64,000 bases of DNA from Spirochaetota bacterium (GTDB lineage: Bacteria > Spirochaetota > UBA4802 > UBA5550). The notes beneath the pieces were generated by a model, which had not been told where the DNA came from, did not search any database, and saw only the letters and a program-made list of their open reading frames with translations. Made by a program: the position numbers and the translations under genes. The stretch spans positions 1,376,001 through 1,440,000 of the forward strand of contig CAXXHB010000003.1 in the NCBI GenBank assembly GCA_963664815.2. Direction: 5' to 3'. Positions 28,812 to 39,218 of this stretch are shown here, piece after piece. Numbering within the stretch: the first letter of the stretch is position 1; each line of letters opens with the position of its first letter.

Positions 28812-30227
28812 TCACCTGATTAAATCCAGGTAATCTATATAACATCCGATCAGCTGATATTTCAGAGCGATGATACCGTTTCTCTCAGAAGTGATGTTAT
28901 TTTCTGTATCAATTACATACGAGAGGTTGAGTCTTGCCTGGCTGTATTTTTTTTTCTCAGTTGTAAGCTTAGATTCAAGCGCTTTAAGTATCCTCTCTTT
29001 TTTTGACAACTGTTCATTCATACCCTTAATTGATTCAATACATGACAGTAATGATTTCATATAGCTGTTTTCAGCGGATTTATATTCATACTCAAGGGAT
29101 TTCATCTGAATTTCAATATCCTTCAAAGCGCTTTCCGCGTTATTATTTTCCAGGTAATATTTAAATTCAAAACCGACATTGTAGTCAGTATCTTTCAATC
29201 CATATGTCTGTGAACCGGAGAGGTTCTTTTTTATTACATCTGAAAAAACATTAAACTGCGGGAGAAGCCTGTTTTCATAAACTCCCGCTGAATAAGCATA
29301 GTTCTTTAATGTCAGGTCCATTATCCTTGCTGCGGTAGTATTTTTAAAATTCAGAATCAGCGGGGAACTCCCGGAAGCTTTTTTGCAGTATTCCTCAAAT
29401 GCCGATACATCCGGATTAATTGCCTGTGTATCTATGTATAAGCTTAGCTGATTCTCAATGTTTTTCAGAATTGTAAGATTTTCAACTCTCTGGTTTTCAT
29501 AATTTAATACTGATGCTGCCGAACTCTGATAATCATCATTATCAGCCAGACCGGAATCTACTTTACGTCTGATCTGTTCACTGAGTATATTGGAATTCCT
29601 TATTGCAGCATCCAGATTTTTAATGGATTTATTATACATGATCCATTGAAAATAGATTTTTTTATATGCATTAAGTATACTTTTATTATTCTCCTCAAAC
29701 TTGTATTTTGAGATTTCAAACTGCATTTTTGCATTGTTCTCCGAGTACATATCAACTTTACCAAGAAAATTGTACAGGAGAGGCTGTGAGATTTTGATAT
29801 TTACAGAAGGTTCATACGATGAATAATCAGGTACTGTGCTGAAGTTGCTGTATTTATCCCTGGAATAGTTGTATGTTGTACTGATAGTTGTCCCGGTCGC
29901 TGCGATTGTTTTATTCAGTCCGGCGTAATAGTTATATCCTTTTAAATCGCCTTTGTCATTTATCCCTGTGTATTCTTTTTTTGAGAAAGCCTTACCACCT
30001 GCATCCAGATATATATCGCTTCCGGCTTTCGCGCTCCGAATTTTATTTTCGGCTGAAATGACATCCATTCCGTTGTTTTTAATTTCCGGAAGTGAATTCT
30101 CGATTGTTTTTATATACTCATCGAATATTATAATTTTCTTTGAATCACTTGTTGTTTGCGAATGAGCAAATTCTGCTAAAAACAGTATAAGCAGAAATGC
30201 ATGTATAAAATTAAGTTTCATTTTCAA
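28812..30227 (-). CDS. TolC-family outer membrane protein
   Basis: Signal peptide, helical repeats, ISQPLL and RLLPQF motifs; adjacent to RND gene. Confidence 0.8.
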   Translation of the reverse strand: MKMKLNFIHAFLLILFLAEFAHSQTTSDSKKIIIFDEYIKTIENSLPEIKNNGMDVISAENKIRSAKAGSDIYLDAGGKAFSKKEYTGINDKGDLKGYNYYAGLNKTIAATGTTISTTYNYSRDKYSNFSTVPDYSSYEPSVNIKISQPLLYNFLGKVDMYSENNAKMQFEISKYKFEENNKSILNAYKKIYFQWIMYNKSIKNLDAAIRNSNILSEQIRRKVDSGLADNDDYQSSAASVLNYENQRVENLTILKNIENQLSLYIDTQAINPDVSAFEEYCKKASGSSPLILNFKNTTAARIMDLTLKNYAYSAGVYENRLLPQFNVFSDVIKKNLSGSQTYGLKDTDYNVGFEFKYYLENNNAESALKDIEIQMKSLEYEYKSAENSYMKSLLSCIESIKGMNEQLSKKERILKALESKLTTEKKKYSQARLNLSYVIDTENNITSERNGIIALKYQLIGCYIDYLDLIR

Positions 30228-30264
30228 CCTCCATTGAATTTATTTTTAAATTGATTGTGCCGTT

Positions 30265-31506
30265 TTAAGCAATGTCTCCTGAAGATGTCTGAATTACACG
30301 ATTTACAGAATAGAGTTGCATTATGGTCAGTACCATTATAAACACAACAATCCATCCCAGGATGTCATAATTTCCAATCTGTCCAGAGGGTTTCTCTGTC
30401 ACTATCAGTCCTGCGATGAAAGATGATATACCTCCCGCCAATTGTTGCATGGAACTGCTCATTGACATATAAGCACCTCTGTCATGAGGATCAGGAATGG
30501 CGGTTATTAAAGTCATTGTCGATGACATCCTTCCTGAAATAATCAGTGCAAAAAGGCAATTAGCAGCTATCACCATCCAGAGAGGTGTTGTTGCAAGGCC
30601 GGTGTACCATATTATCCAGACAGAACCGGTAAAGCTTGCCAATATAAACATTCTGAATTTGCCTATGGAGTCAGACAGACGGCCAATATAAGGACCGGCA
30701 ACCATGGCCACGGCACCTGATGACATATACACTATAGGGAGTTTTTCTACAGAGACGCCGAGATTATTAACTGAAAATGCACTTGCAAAGGGTTGGAGCA
30801 TAAATCCTCCTGTTGCAACAAGCATTGTGGCAGTAATGCCCATGAGATACTTCTGGTTTGCTACTATATTGAGAAAATTACGTATTGGATGTTTTTGACG
30901 TGCAGCCTCGACATGTGCGGCCATTGGCTGAAGGTATATAATCATAAATACACCGGCTATGATACCTGTTAATACTATCATAAGAAAGGCTGCATGCCAG
31001 TTGATAGAACTGGCAATTAAGAGGCCGAAAGGTATTCCCAGTATCTGACTGGCCGAAAACGCACTTTGTATTGTTCCCATAACCTGTCCCCTGGATTGTA
31101 TCGGGAATAGATCTGCAACAATTGATAGAATTATTGATCCTATTACACCTCCGAAAAAGCCGGTAATTATACGTGAAACAAGGAGAAACATAAAACATGT
31201 TGAAATTGAGCAAAGAAATGTTCCCCCAAGAAACCCGGCATAGAATACAAGAAGAAACCGCCTTCGATCAAAACGATCTGCAAAACCGGCAGAAATGATG
31301 CCGGAAATACATGCGCTGAATGCATAAGCGGAAACAACCAATCCGAACTGATGTGTGTTTATATTCATGTTTTTAAGTAATATCACTCCGAGGGGAGATA
31401 TAATCATGAAATCAAGCACAACAGTGAATTGCAAAAACGCCAATATCGCTATAACGATCTTTTGATAATTTGTAAAATTCAGTTTTGCATTATCCTGTTT
31501 GTCCAT
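30265..31506 (-). CDS. MFS transporter (DHA-like)
   Basis: About 12 TM segments; GFADRFDRR motif A. Confidence 0.92.
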   Translation of the reverse strand: MDKQDNAKLNFTNYQKIVIAILAFLQFTVVLDFMIISPLGVILLKNMNINTHQFGLVVSAYAFSACISGIISAGFADRFDRRRFLLVFYAGFLGGTFLCSISTCFMFLLVSRIITGFFGGVIGSIILSIVADLFPIQSRGQVMGTIQSAFSASQILGIPFGLLIASSINWHAAFLMIVLTGIIAGVFMIIYLQPMAAHVEAARQKHPIRNFLNIVANQKYLMGITATMLVATGGFMLQPFASAFSVNNLGVSVEKLPIVYMSSGAVAMVAGPYIGRLSDSIGKFRMFILASFTGSVWIIWYTGLATTPLWMVIAANCLFALIISGRMSSTMTLITAIPDPHDRGAYMSMSSSMQQLAGGISSFIAGLIVTEKPSGQIGNYDILGWIVVFIMVLTIMQLYSVNRVIQTSSGDIA

Positions 31507-31535
31507 ATTTTATTAACTCCTAGATTTTGATATAA

Positions 31536-31580
31536 CATTAGCACTCTAATGATTTCATTTCTAATAATTAGAAACCTAAC
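31536..31580. promoter_or_regulatory. two TTAG-N4-CTAA operator-like sites upstream of the MFS gene
   Basis: TTAGCACTCTAA and TTAGAAACCTAA share the core of the 32059 palindrome. Confidence 0.6.
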
Positions 31581-31597
31581 TAAATGACTAAAAAAAA

Positions 31598-32050
31598 TCA
31601 CCTTTTTTCAAAGTTTTTGCTTACCATTCTTAATAATTGCAGAAAATCCTCCTTTTGTTTTTTTGTCATACCTCTGACTATTCTTTCTTCGGTTTCTTCA
31701 AAAACCTTATCAAATACATCCACTAATTCCTGACCTTTTGGAGTGAGAGAAAGATTTTTGACTCTCTCATCGTTTTCATTGGTGTTTCTTGTTATGAAAC
31801 CCTTCTTTTCCAGTCCTTGCACTAGGCTGGTAACTGAAGAGCCTTTTATATTCATCACTGATTCAATATCTTTCTGGCAAATTGGTATCCCCTTTTTTCG
31901 TTTATCATTTATGAAACCAACAATACGTGCCTGTGGAGGAGTAATATCAAATGGCTCAAGATATGTATTGGCACTGTTTTTCATCTTAAATCCTACTTCC
32001 CGTATATAAAACTGAAACAAGTGCTCGATTTCTTTATGATGCACTTTCAA
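31598..32050 (-). CDS. MarR family regulator
   Basis: ITPPQARIV, SVTSLVQGLEKKGFITR and DERVKNLSLTPKG motifs. Confidence 0.92.
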   Translation of the reverse strand: MKVHHKEIEHLFQFYIREVGFKMKNSANTYLEPFDITPPQARIVGFINDKRKKGIPICQKDIESVMNIKGSSVTSLVQGLEKKGFITRNTNENDERVKNLSLTPKGQELVDVFDKVFEETEERIVRGMTKKQKEDFLQLLRMVSKNFEKR

Positions 32051-32058
32051 CCTCTCTG

Positions 32059-32092
32059 CTGGTAATTACTTAGAATTCTAAGTAATTACCAG
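32059..32092. promoter_or_regulatory. 34-bp perfect palindrome, probable MarR operator
   Basis: CTGGTAATTACTTAGAATTCTAAGTAATTACCAG, 8 bp upstream of the marR start. Confidence 0.75.
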
Positions 32093-32140
32093 TAATTTAG
32101 CAGATTAATTATTGTCAATATATTATTTATTTTTTTAAGA

Positions 32141-32344
32141 TTATCTTGCCCGGCAGTCTCTTTTGCACCCTTTCTTATTCTGTTTTTCACATTCCTGTTT
32201 ATATTTTTTATTAGGGCACCTGGTTTCAATGCAACGCTTCATGCATTCTCTGTCATTTGCTTCAAGGTTACCTGAAATACCTGAGGATACAACTACTGAG
32301 AATATAAAGACTATTGCAAAAAATAAGAAAAAAATTCTATTCAT
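32141..32344 (-). CDS. small secreted Cys-rich basic peptide
   Basis: Signal peptide plus 6 Cys (CxxxCxxxxC...CxxxxxxxCxxxC). Confidence 0.55.
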   Translation of the reverse strand: MNRIFFLFFAIVFIFSVVVSSGISGNLEANDRECMKRCIETRCPNKKYKQECEKQNKKGCKRDCRAR

Positions 32345-32654
32345 GATTTTCCCCCGGCTTTTTTATTTATTTTTGATAGCCTGCAATATTTATATAATAT
32401 TTACAGGTCAATGTCAATAATCAGTAATAAATATTTTTATTGTCAACCCGGATCGGAGTCTGTTTCTGTTAACTGGTTTAAATTTCAAGGTTTATATTTA
32501 ACTTTTAAGTTTACCTGTATCTGTTTGTTAAAATATAAAGAATTAATTTACAGATGTTGATTAATAAACGGAGATAAATTTTTTTACAGGCTTGACATAG
32601 GCTCTCAATGGTATTTGTTTAATTAAATTTAAAAAATTTTAGGAGCTAAAAACT

Positions 32655-33050
32655 ATGAATGAAGTATTTGAATACCTGAAAAAATGCGGTGCTTTTTTCC
32701 TGGCGACAATTGACGGAGATCAGGCCAGGGTAAGGCCATTCGGCGCAATAAATATTTTTGAGGGTAAAATTTATATCCAGACCGGTAATATAAAAAAGGT
32801 ATTCAGTCAGATGAAAAAGAATCCCAGGGTTGAAATCTGCGGCATGGCTGACAAGGGCAGCTGGATTCGTATAGAGGCAACCGCAATTCAGGATGACAGA
32901 ATTGAGGCCAGGCAGAATATGCTCGATTCATTCCCGATGCTGAAATCCATGTATGCAGCAGATGATGGCAACTGTGAAGTCCTCTATCTTAAAGATGCAA
33001 CTGCAACATTTTCATCTTTTACAACAGAGCCCAGGATTGTCCGGTTTTGA
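32655..33050 (+). CDS. pyridoxamine 5'-phosphate oxidase-like (NimA/NimC) protein
   Basis: FFLATIDGDQARVRPF and KNPRVEIC motifs. Confidence 0.88.
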   Translation: MNEVFEYLKKCGAFFLATIDGDQARVRPFGAINIFEGKIYIQTGNIKKVFSQMKKNPRVEICGMADKGSWIRIEATAIQDDRIEARQNMLDSFPMLKSMYAADDGNCEVLYLKDATATFSSFTTEPRIVRF

Positions 33051-33057
33051 TTGAATA

Positions 33058-33097
33058 ACGCCTCCATGCAGGATAAATATTTTCTGCGTGGAGGCGT
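33058..33097 (+). terminator. stem-loop after gene
   Basis: ACGCCTCCATGCAGGA...TTCTGCGTGGAGGCGT. Confidence 0.55.
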
Positions 33098-33262
33098 GCA
33101 AGACGTGGATGTATATATTTAAACTTAAGTATCCTTCAGATTTGCTGCCTGCCATTGAAAAACTTCCTGATCTGATAACTTTTATTATGTGTAATACTGA
33201 CTGGTGTTAAAGGTGAATAATCCTTAGCCATGGCATAAGTTAAAATTACATGGAGAAAAGAA

Positions 33263-33537
33263 ATGAATTTAATTAAATGTGAAATATGCAATAACGGATT
33301 TAGCGATGATCAGATAATTACCGGCCACGGGATACGTCATGAAGTTGAAAACCTGATAAAAATTGACTTTCCGGCCTGGAATGATAATAGTCATATATGT
33401 AAAAATGATTTTAATACATACCGTGTAAGGTATTTAACCAAGATGATTGAGGATGAAAAATGAAGATTGGAGAGAAAATTTCAGACAGGGTTGCATCTTT
33501 CGGGGGCAGCTGGACTTTTATCATATCATTTCTTTAA
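33263..33537 (+). pseudogene. DUF1003 gene remnant
   Basis: CEIC...HICKNDF N-terminus then, out of frame, GEKISDRVASFGGSWTFIISF and a stop. Confidence 0.75.
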
Positions 33538-33717
33538 TGTAATCACTTCTTAGCTGCATTACCAATGTATTTAAGAATATTTCTTTATGTTTCTTCTTTA
33601 TTCGAATATCTACACATGTTTTTCTCTTACAATTGTAAATCAGGTTATCAGAAAGCTTGAAATAGTATTATTTTTATAGTAGTATTAGATATACTAAAAA
33701 ACCGAGGGAGAAATTGA

Positions 33718-35934
<2,217 letters not shown>

Positions 35935-36066
35935 TGATGAGAAGACTAAAGCTGCAATGGATGAGGCAGCAAGGCAGGGTGCAGCTCTAAGTAAATATAA
36001 AATCTCTGCCTTTGTTAAAATTCCTTCACCACCCAGGGATTCACCGGTTCTTTTTATAATATGTTG

Positions 36067-36825
36067 TTATTCTTTGATTTTTGCAATTATTTCACTGGCG
36101 CACTTTTCTCCTGAGAGCAGCATCCCGCCGAAGACCGGTCCCATCCGTGGAGATCCGAAGTAACCGCAGGCTGCCATTCCTGTAACATAAAGTCCTGGAT
36201 AGACCTCCCTGGTGTTTGCCACGGTCATCTTTTCACCGCTGTCACAGAACATCGGAGCCTCGCCAGCCGGGGATGCGATAATTCCGCGTTTAGAGAGGAG
36301 AGATACCACTGCCGACGGGTGCCCTGTCGAATCAACAACAAAGCGTGATTTTATCATAAGCGGATCAACATGGAGATTTGCCGTCTTAACCGGGGTCCAG
36401 TTTATTACTACGCCCTCCATACGGTTGTATTTTACAATGACATCCTCAATCTCGACTGTATTAAAAATGGAACATCCGGCATCAAGTGTTGCAGCTATAA
36501 GTTTTGCAGACATCTCAACAGCATCAACAGAGTAATAGCCTTCACGGAATTTTTTCAGGCGGAATGAAAAACTCTCAGCAATTTCTATACAGTCATCCTG
36601 CAGTACAATCTCGTTCATCATCATGCCGCCTCCCCATATACCTCCGCCGGGTGAGAGTTTTTTTTCATAGATGGCCGTTTTAATACCGGCTCGTGCAAGA
36701 TAACAACCGAGAACAAGTCCTGACGGCCCGCCACCTGCAATGACGACATCATTTTCAATATGGTTTGTAAATTTAGCGATGTAGCTTTCCACTATCGCCC
36801 GGGTGATAATTGTTTCCTGAAGCAT
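36067..36825 (-). CDS. thi4: sulfide-dependent thiazole synthase (non-Cys Thi4)
   Basis: GGGPSG, GGGIWGGGM, LHVDP and PRMGPVFGGMLLSG motifs; TPP riboswitch upstream. Confidence 0.93.
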   Translation of the reverse strand: MLQETIITRAIVESYIAKFTNHIENDVVIAGGGPSGLVLGCYLARAGIKTAIYEKKLSPGGGIWGGGMMMNEIVLQDDCIEIAESFSFRLKKFREGYYSVDAVEMSAKLIAATLDAGCSIFNTVEIEDVIVKYNRMEGVVINWTPVKTANLHVDPLMIKSRFVVDSTGHPSAVVSLLSKRGIIASPAGEAPMFCDSGEKMTVANTREVYPGLYVTGMAACGYFGSPRMGPVFGGMLLSGEKCASEIIAKIKE

Positions 36826-36853
36826 AGTACCTCCAAAGTTTTAATAATAATAT

Positions 36854-36883
36854 AAAAAGCCGTGTGGAGGTACACGGCTTTTT
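36854..36883 (-). terminator. riboswitch expression-platform terminator
   Basis: AAAAAGCCGTGT...ACACGGCTTTTT. Confidence 0.8.
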
Positions 36884-36924
36884 AATAATGACATATATGA
36901 ATAATAATATGACTTTATTTAAAA

Positions 36925-37007
36925 CCGTTTCCCTCCGCCGGTATTAACCGGATCAGGTAATCAGGGTATAATCTCAGCGCACGAATTAAACGCGGCACCC
37001 CTAACGG
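36925..37007 (-). ncRNA. TPP riboswitch
   Basis: Minus strand CCGTTAGGGGTGC...GCTGAGATTATACCC...ACCTGATCCGGTTAATACCGGCGGAGGGAAACGG. Confidence 0.95.
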
Positions 37008-37259
37008 AAAATTTAAACTTTTAAAACTTTAAACGGCCAAACCTGTATTGTCAAATATTTTAATACGGAAATTTGATTATGCTGAATATTTTACATATAC
37101 CACAGCGAAGAATTTAAAAACATTCTGATAATATATATTAAGTATTATATTTTATGGATTAAAAATTCTTAAAAAAATATACTTTTTAAAAGTCTGTATA
37201 TGTATTTTAGCGGGGAGAGAAAGTCCTGATATTAAATTAGCTGATAATAATATGAAGTA

Positions 37260-37595
37260 TCATGATTTTACCAGTATATTAAATAATTTTACATCTGTCA
37301 GTGCTTCTAATCCGTAATTAATATCAGATTCCATAGCAATCATATCACCAGTGTTGACTATAACTTCATCACTTTCTTTATATAAGATTTTAGCGCTCCC
37401 TTCAATAATAATAAACAGAGTTTCCATATTGTAATACTCTTTATCAATACTTTCACCTTTTGCAAAAGAGAAAAAACGTATTTCTGTGTTGTCATTGGCA
37501 ATTAAAGCTTTGCTTGCAATTTTATTCCCTGTATGACTTATCATATCTGTCATGGAAATGACTTCAAAAGGTTTTATGTTTCTCAGATATTTCAT
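37260..37595 (-). CDS. cupin domain protein
   Basis: FFSFAKGESI and IIEGSAKI motifs; paralogue of its neighbour but lacking the His ligands. Confidence 0.8.
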   Translation of the reverse strand: MKYLRNIKPFEVISMTDMISHTGNKIASKALIANDNTEIRFFSFAKGESIDKEYYNMETLFIIIEGSAKILYKESDEVIVNTGDMIAMESDINYGLEALTDVKLFNILVKS

Positions 37596-37598
37596 TTT

Positions 37599-37937
37599 CT
37601 ATTCCTCTTTAACTACAACCAGAAGCATTTTCATATCTTCCATTGCTGTGACCTGGTGAGGGATATTGGCCGGCATAACCACTATCTGCCCTTTAACGGC
37701 TTCTAACATGTGATCCCCTATTTTTACTTTGGCCACACCCTGATGTATATATATCAATGCATCCCCCTTTGCAGTATGAGGCCCCACACCTTCACCTTTT
37801 CCGAAAGCCATTGCTGTTATCCCCACGCCGTTTTTTTGTGCCATGGTTACAGTTTCAATCTGTCCGTCCCTGCAGCTTACCAGACTGTCAAAATCCAGAC
37901 TTCGGGCTTTTTCAACGTTTTTTATCAATTCCTGCAT
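37599..37937 (-). CDS. cupin domain protein
   Basis: [17 protein letters not shown]...MPANIPHQV; RBS AAGGAG supports the start at 37937. Confidence 0.88.
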   Translation of the reverse strand: MQELIKNVEKARSLDFDSLVSCRDGQIETVTMAQKNGVGITAMAFGKGEGVGPHTAKGDALIYIHQGVAKVKIGDHMLEAVKGQIVVMPANIPHQVTAMEDMKMLLVVVKEE

Positions 37938-38015
37938 TTTAATGATCTCCTTAGGGTTAATAAGTTTTACTTTATTTCTGTATTTCTTCAGTATCACAGA
38001 AAAAAAAGAATTTAA

Positions 38016-38029
38016 ATGACTTAAGTCAA
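38016..38029 (-). promoter_or_regulatory. Crp/Fnr-type (HcpR-like) palindrome
   Basis: TTGAC-TTAA-GTCAT about 80 bp upstream of the cupin start. Confidence 0.5.
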
Positions 38030-38335
38030 TTTTTTTCAGTTCAAGTTTTATATTTATTTTTTTGTCAATAGTTCTGCTGAGCAGTTCAGCGTTATATTAC
38101 AGCTGGTATCTTATTTTATCATTGACATAATACTGTTTTAAAGAAAGCCTGCTTGAACTTTCTATAAAAAACTCAATAATAATTCTTTAACTTTTTATGT
38201 TTTTATAAAAGAAAATGCTCTATTTCCACCGCCGACAATGGAGGCTGTGAGAGATAATCTTTATATTACACTGAAATATCTGTTAAGGAACAATAATTGT
38301 AAAAAAACAAAAAGAAAAGGGGAGAGAGAGAAACA

Positions 38336-39025
38336 GTGAGAATCAATAAAATTATTCTATTTTTAATAGTATTGTCTTTAACCGGCATTCCGGGTGCAAC
38401 AGGAAATGCAAAGATAAAAAATCCGGTTAAGTCTGTAAAAGATCTTGTTGATAAAAAAAATCAAAAAGATTCCAAAGAGAAGCCAAAAGAAACTCCAAAA
38501 GAGACGCCTAAAGAGATTAAGTACGATTATGTAATGACTGATAAAAGCGACATTGAAGCTGATGTTATTAAGCTTTTACCTGCTAAAAGTGTGATTACAC
38601 ACAGGATTACTGAAGGAATATTTGGTCCTGCTGACGGGACAAAAGGTATGATAAAAATTGTTCCATACATAACAGGAAATAACGGCAAGGTACAGCTTAT
38701 GCTGCTTATTCCTGCAGAGATCCGGAAATATAATAAGATGATGCTTGGTGAGATCAGCTTCGGAGGAAACAGTGCATCAGAAGTATTGTCAGTTTTTTTT
38801 GACCAGGCAGATAAGGATAAGGAACGGGAGCTTTTTGTACTGTGCGCATACGTAAAAGGAAACCGCCCTTTTTTTGAAACAGCAGTGTATGACTGGAATA
38901 AAACCAGATTTGATCGTGTGCCGGGCCTTGAATCAAAAATAAAAAATTTAACTCCCGCAATAAATGTAAGAAGGGCTTTAAGGGCGATGGAGTCTCAATC
39001 CGGAACAGGTAAAGCAAAAAAATAA
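38336..39025 (+). CDS. hypothetical secreted protein
   Basis: GTG start, signal peptide, PKET repeats. Confidence 0.6.
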   Translation: MRINKIILFLIVLSLTGIPGATGNAKIKNPVKSVKDLVDKKNQKDSKEKPKETPKETPKEIKYDYVMTDKSDIEADVIKLLPAKSVITHRITEGIFGPADGTKGMIKIVPYITGNNGKVQLMLLIPAEIRKYNKMMLGEISFGGNSASEVLSVFFDQADKDKERELFVLCAYVKGNRPFFETAVYDWNKTRFDRVPGLESKIKNLTPAINVRRALRAMESQSGTGKAKK

Positions 39026-39044
39026 AGATTCGGGTAATACCGTG

Positions 39045-39088
39045 ACATCAATACGGAACTCTCTTGTGAATCCATTCCGTATTGATGT
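39045..39088. terminator. stem-loop
   Basis: ACATCAATACGGAA...TTCCGTATTGATGT. Confidence 0.5.
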
Positions 39089-39218
39089 AAATATTCCTGC
39101 AGCCATAAGGCTGTCCTGAAAGTCTGTTTCACCAGTTTTAACTTCCTTCATGAAAAGAGAAATTTTATCTCATTCGGGAGAGCACCAGATTTAAATTATT
39201 CAGTATTGGAGATTATCC

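Noticed and set aside
38230-38260. Fluoride riboswitch-like GACAATGGAGGCTGT
   Set aside because: Pseudoknot and downstream consensus are missing, and the downstream gene is unrelated
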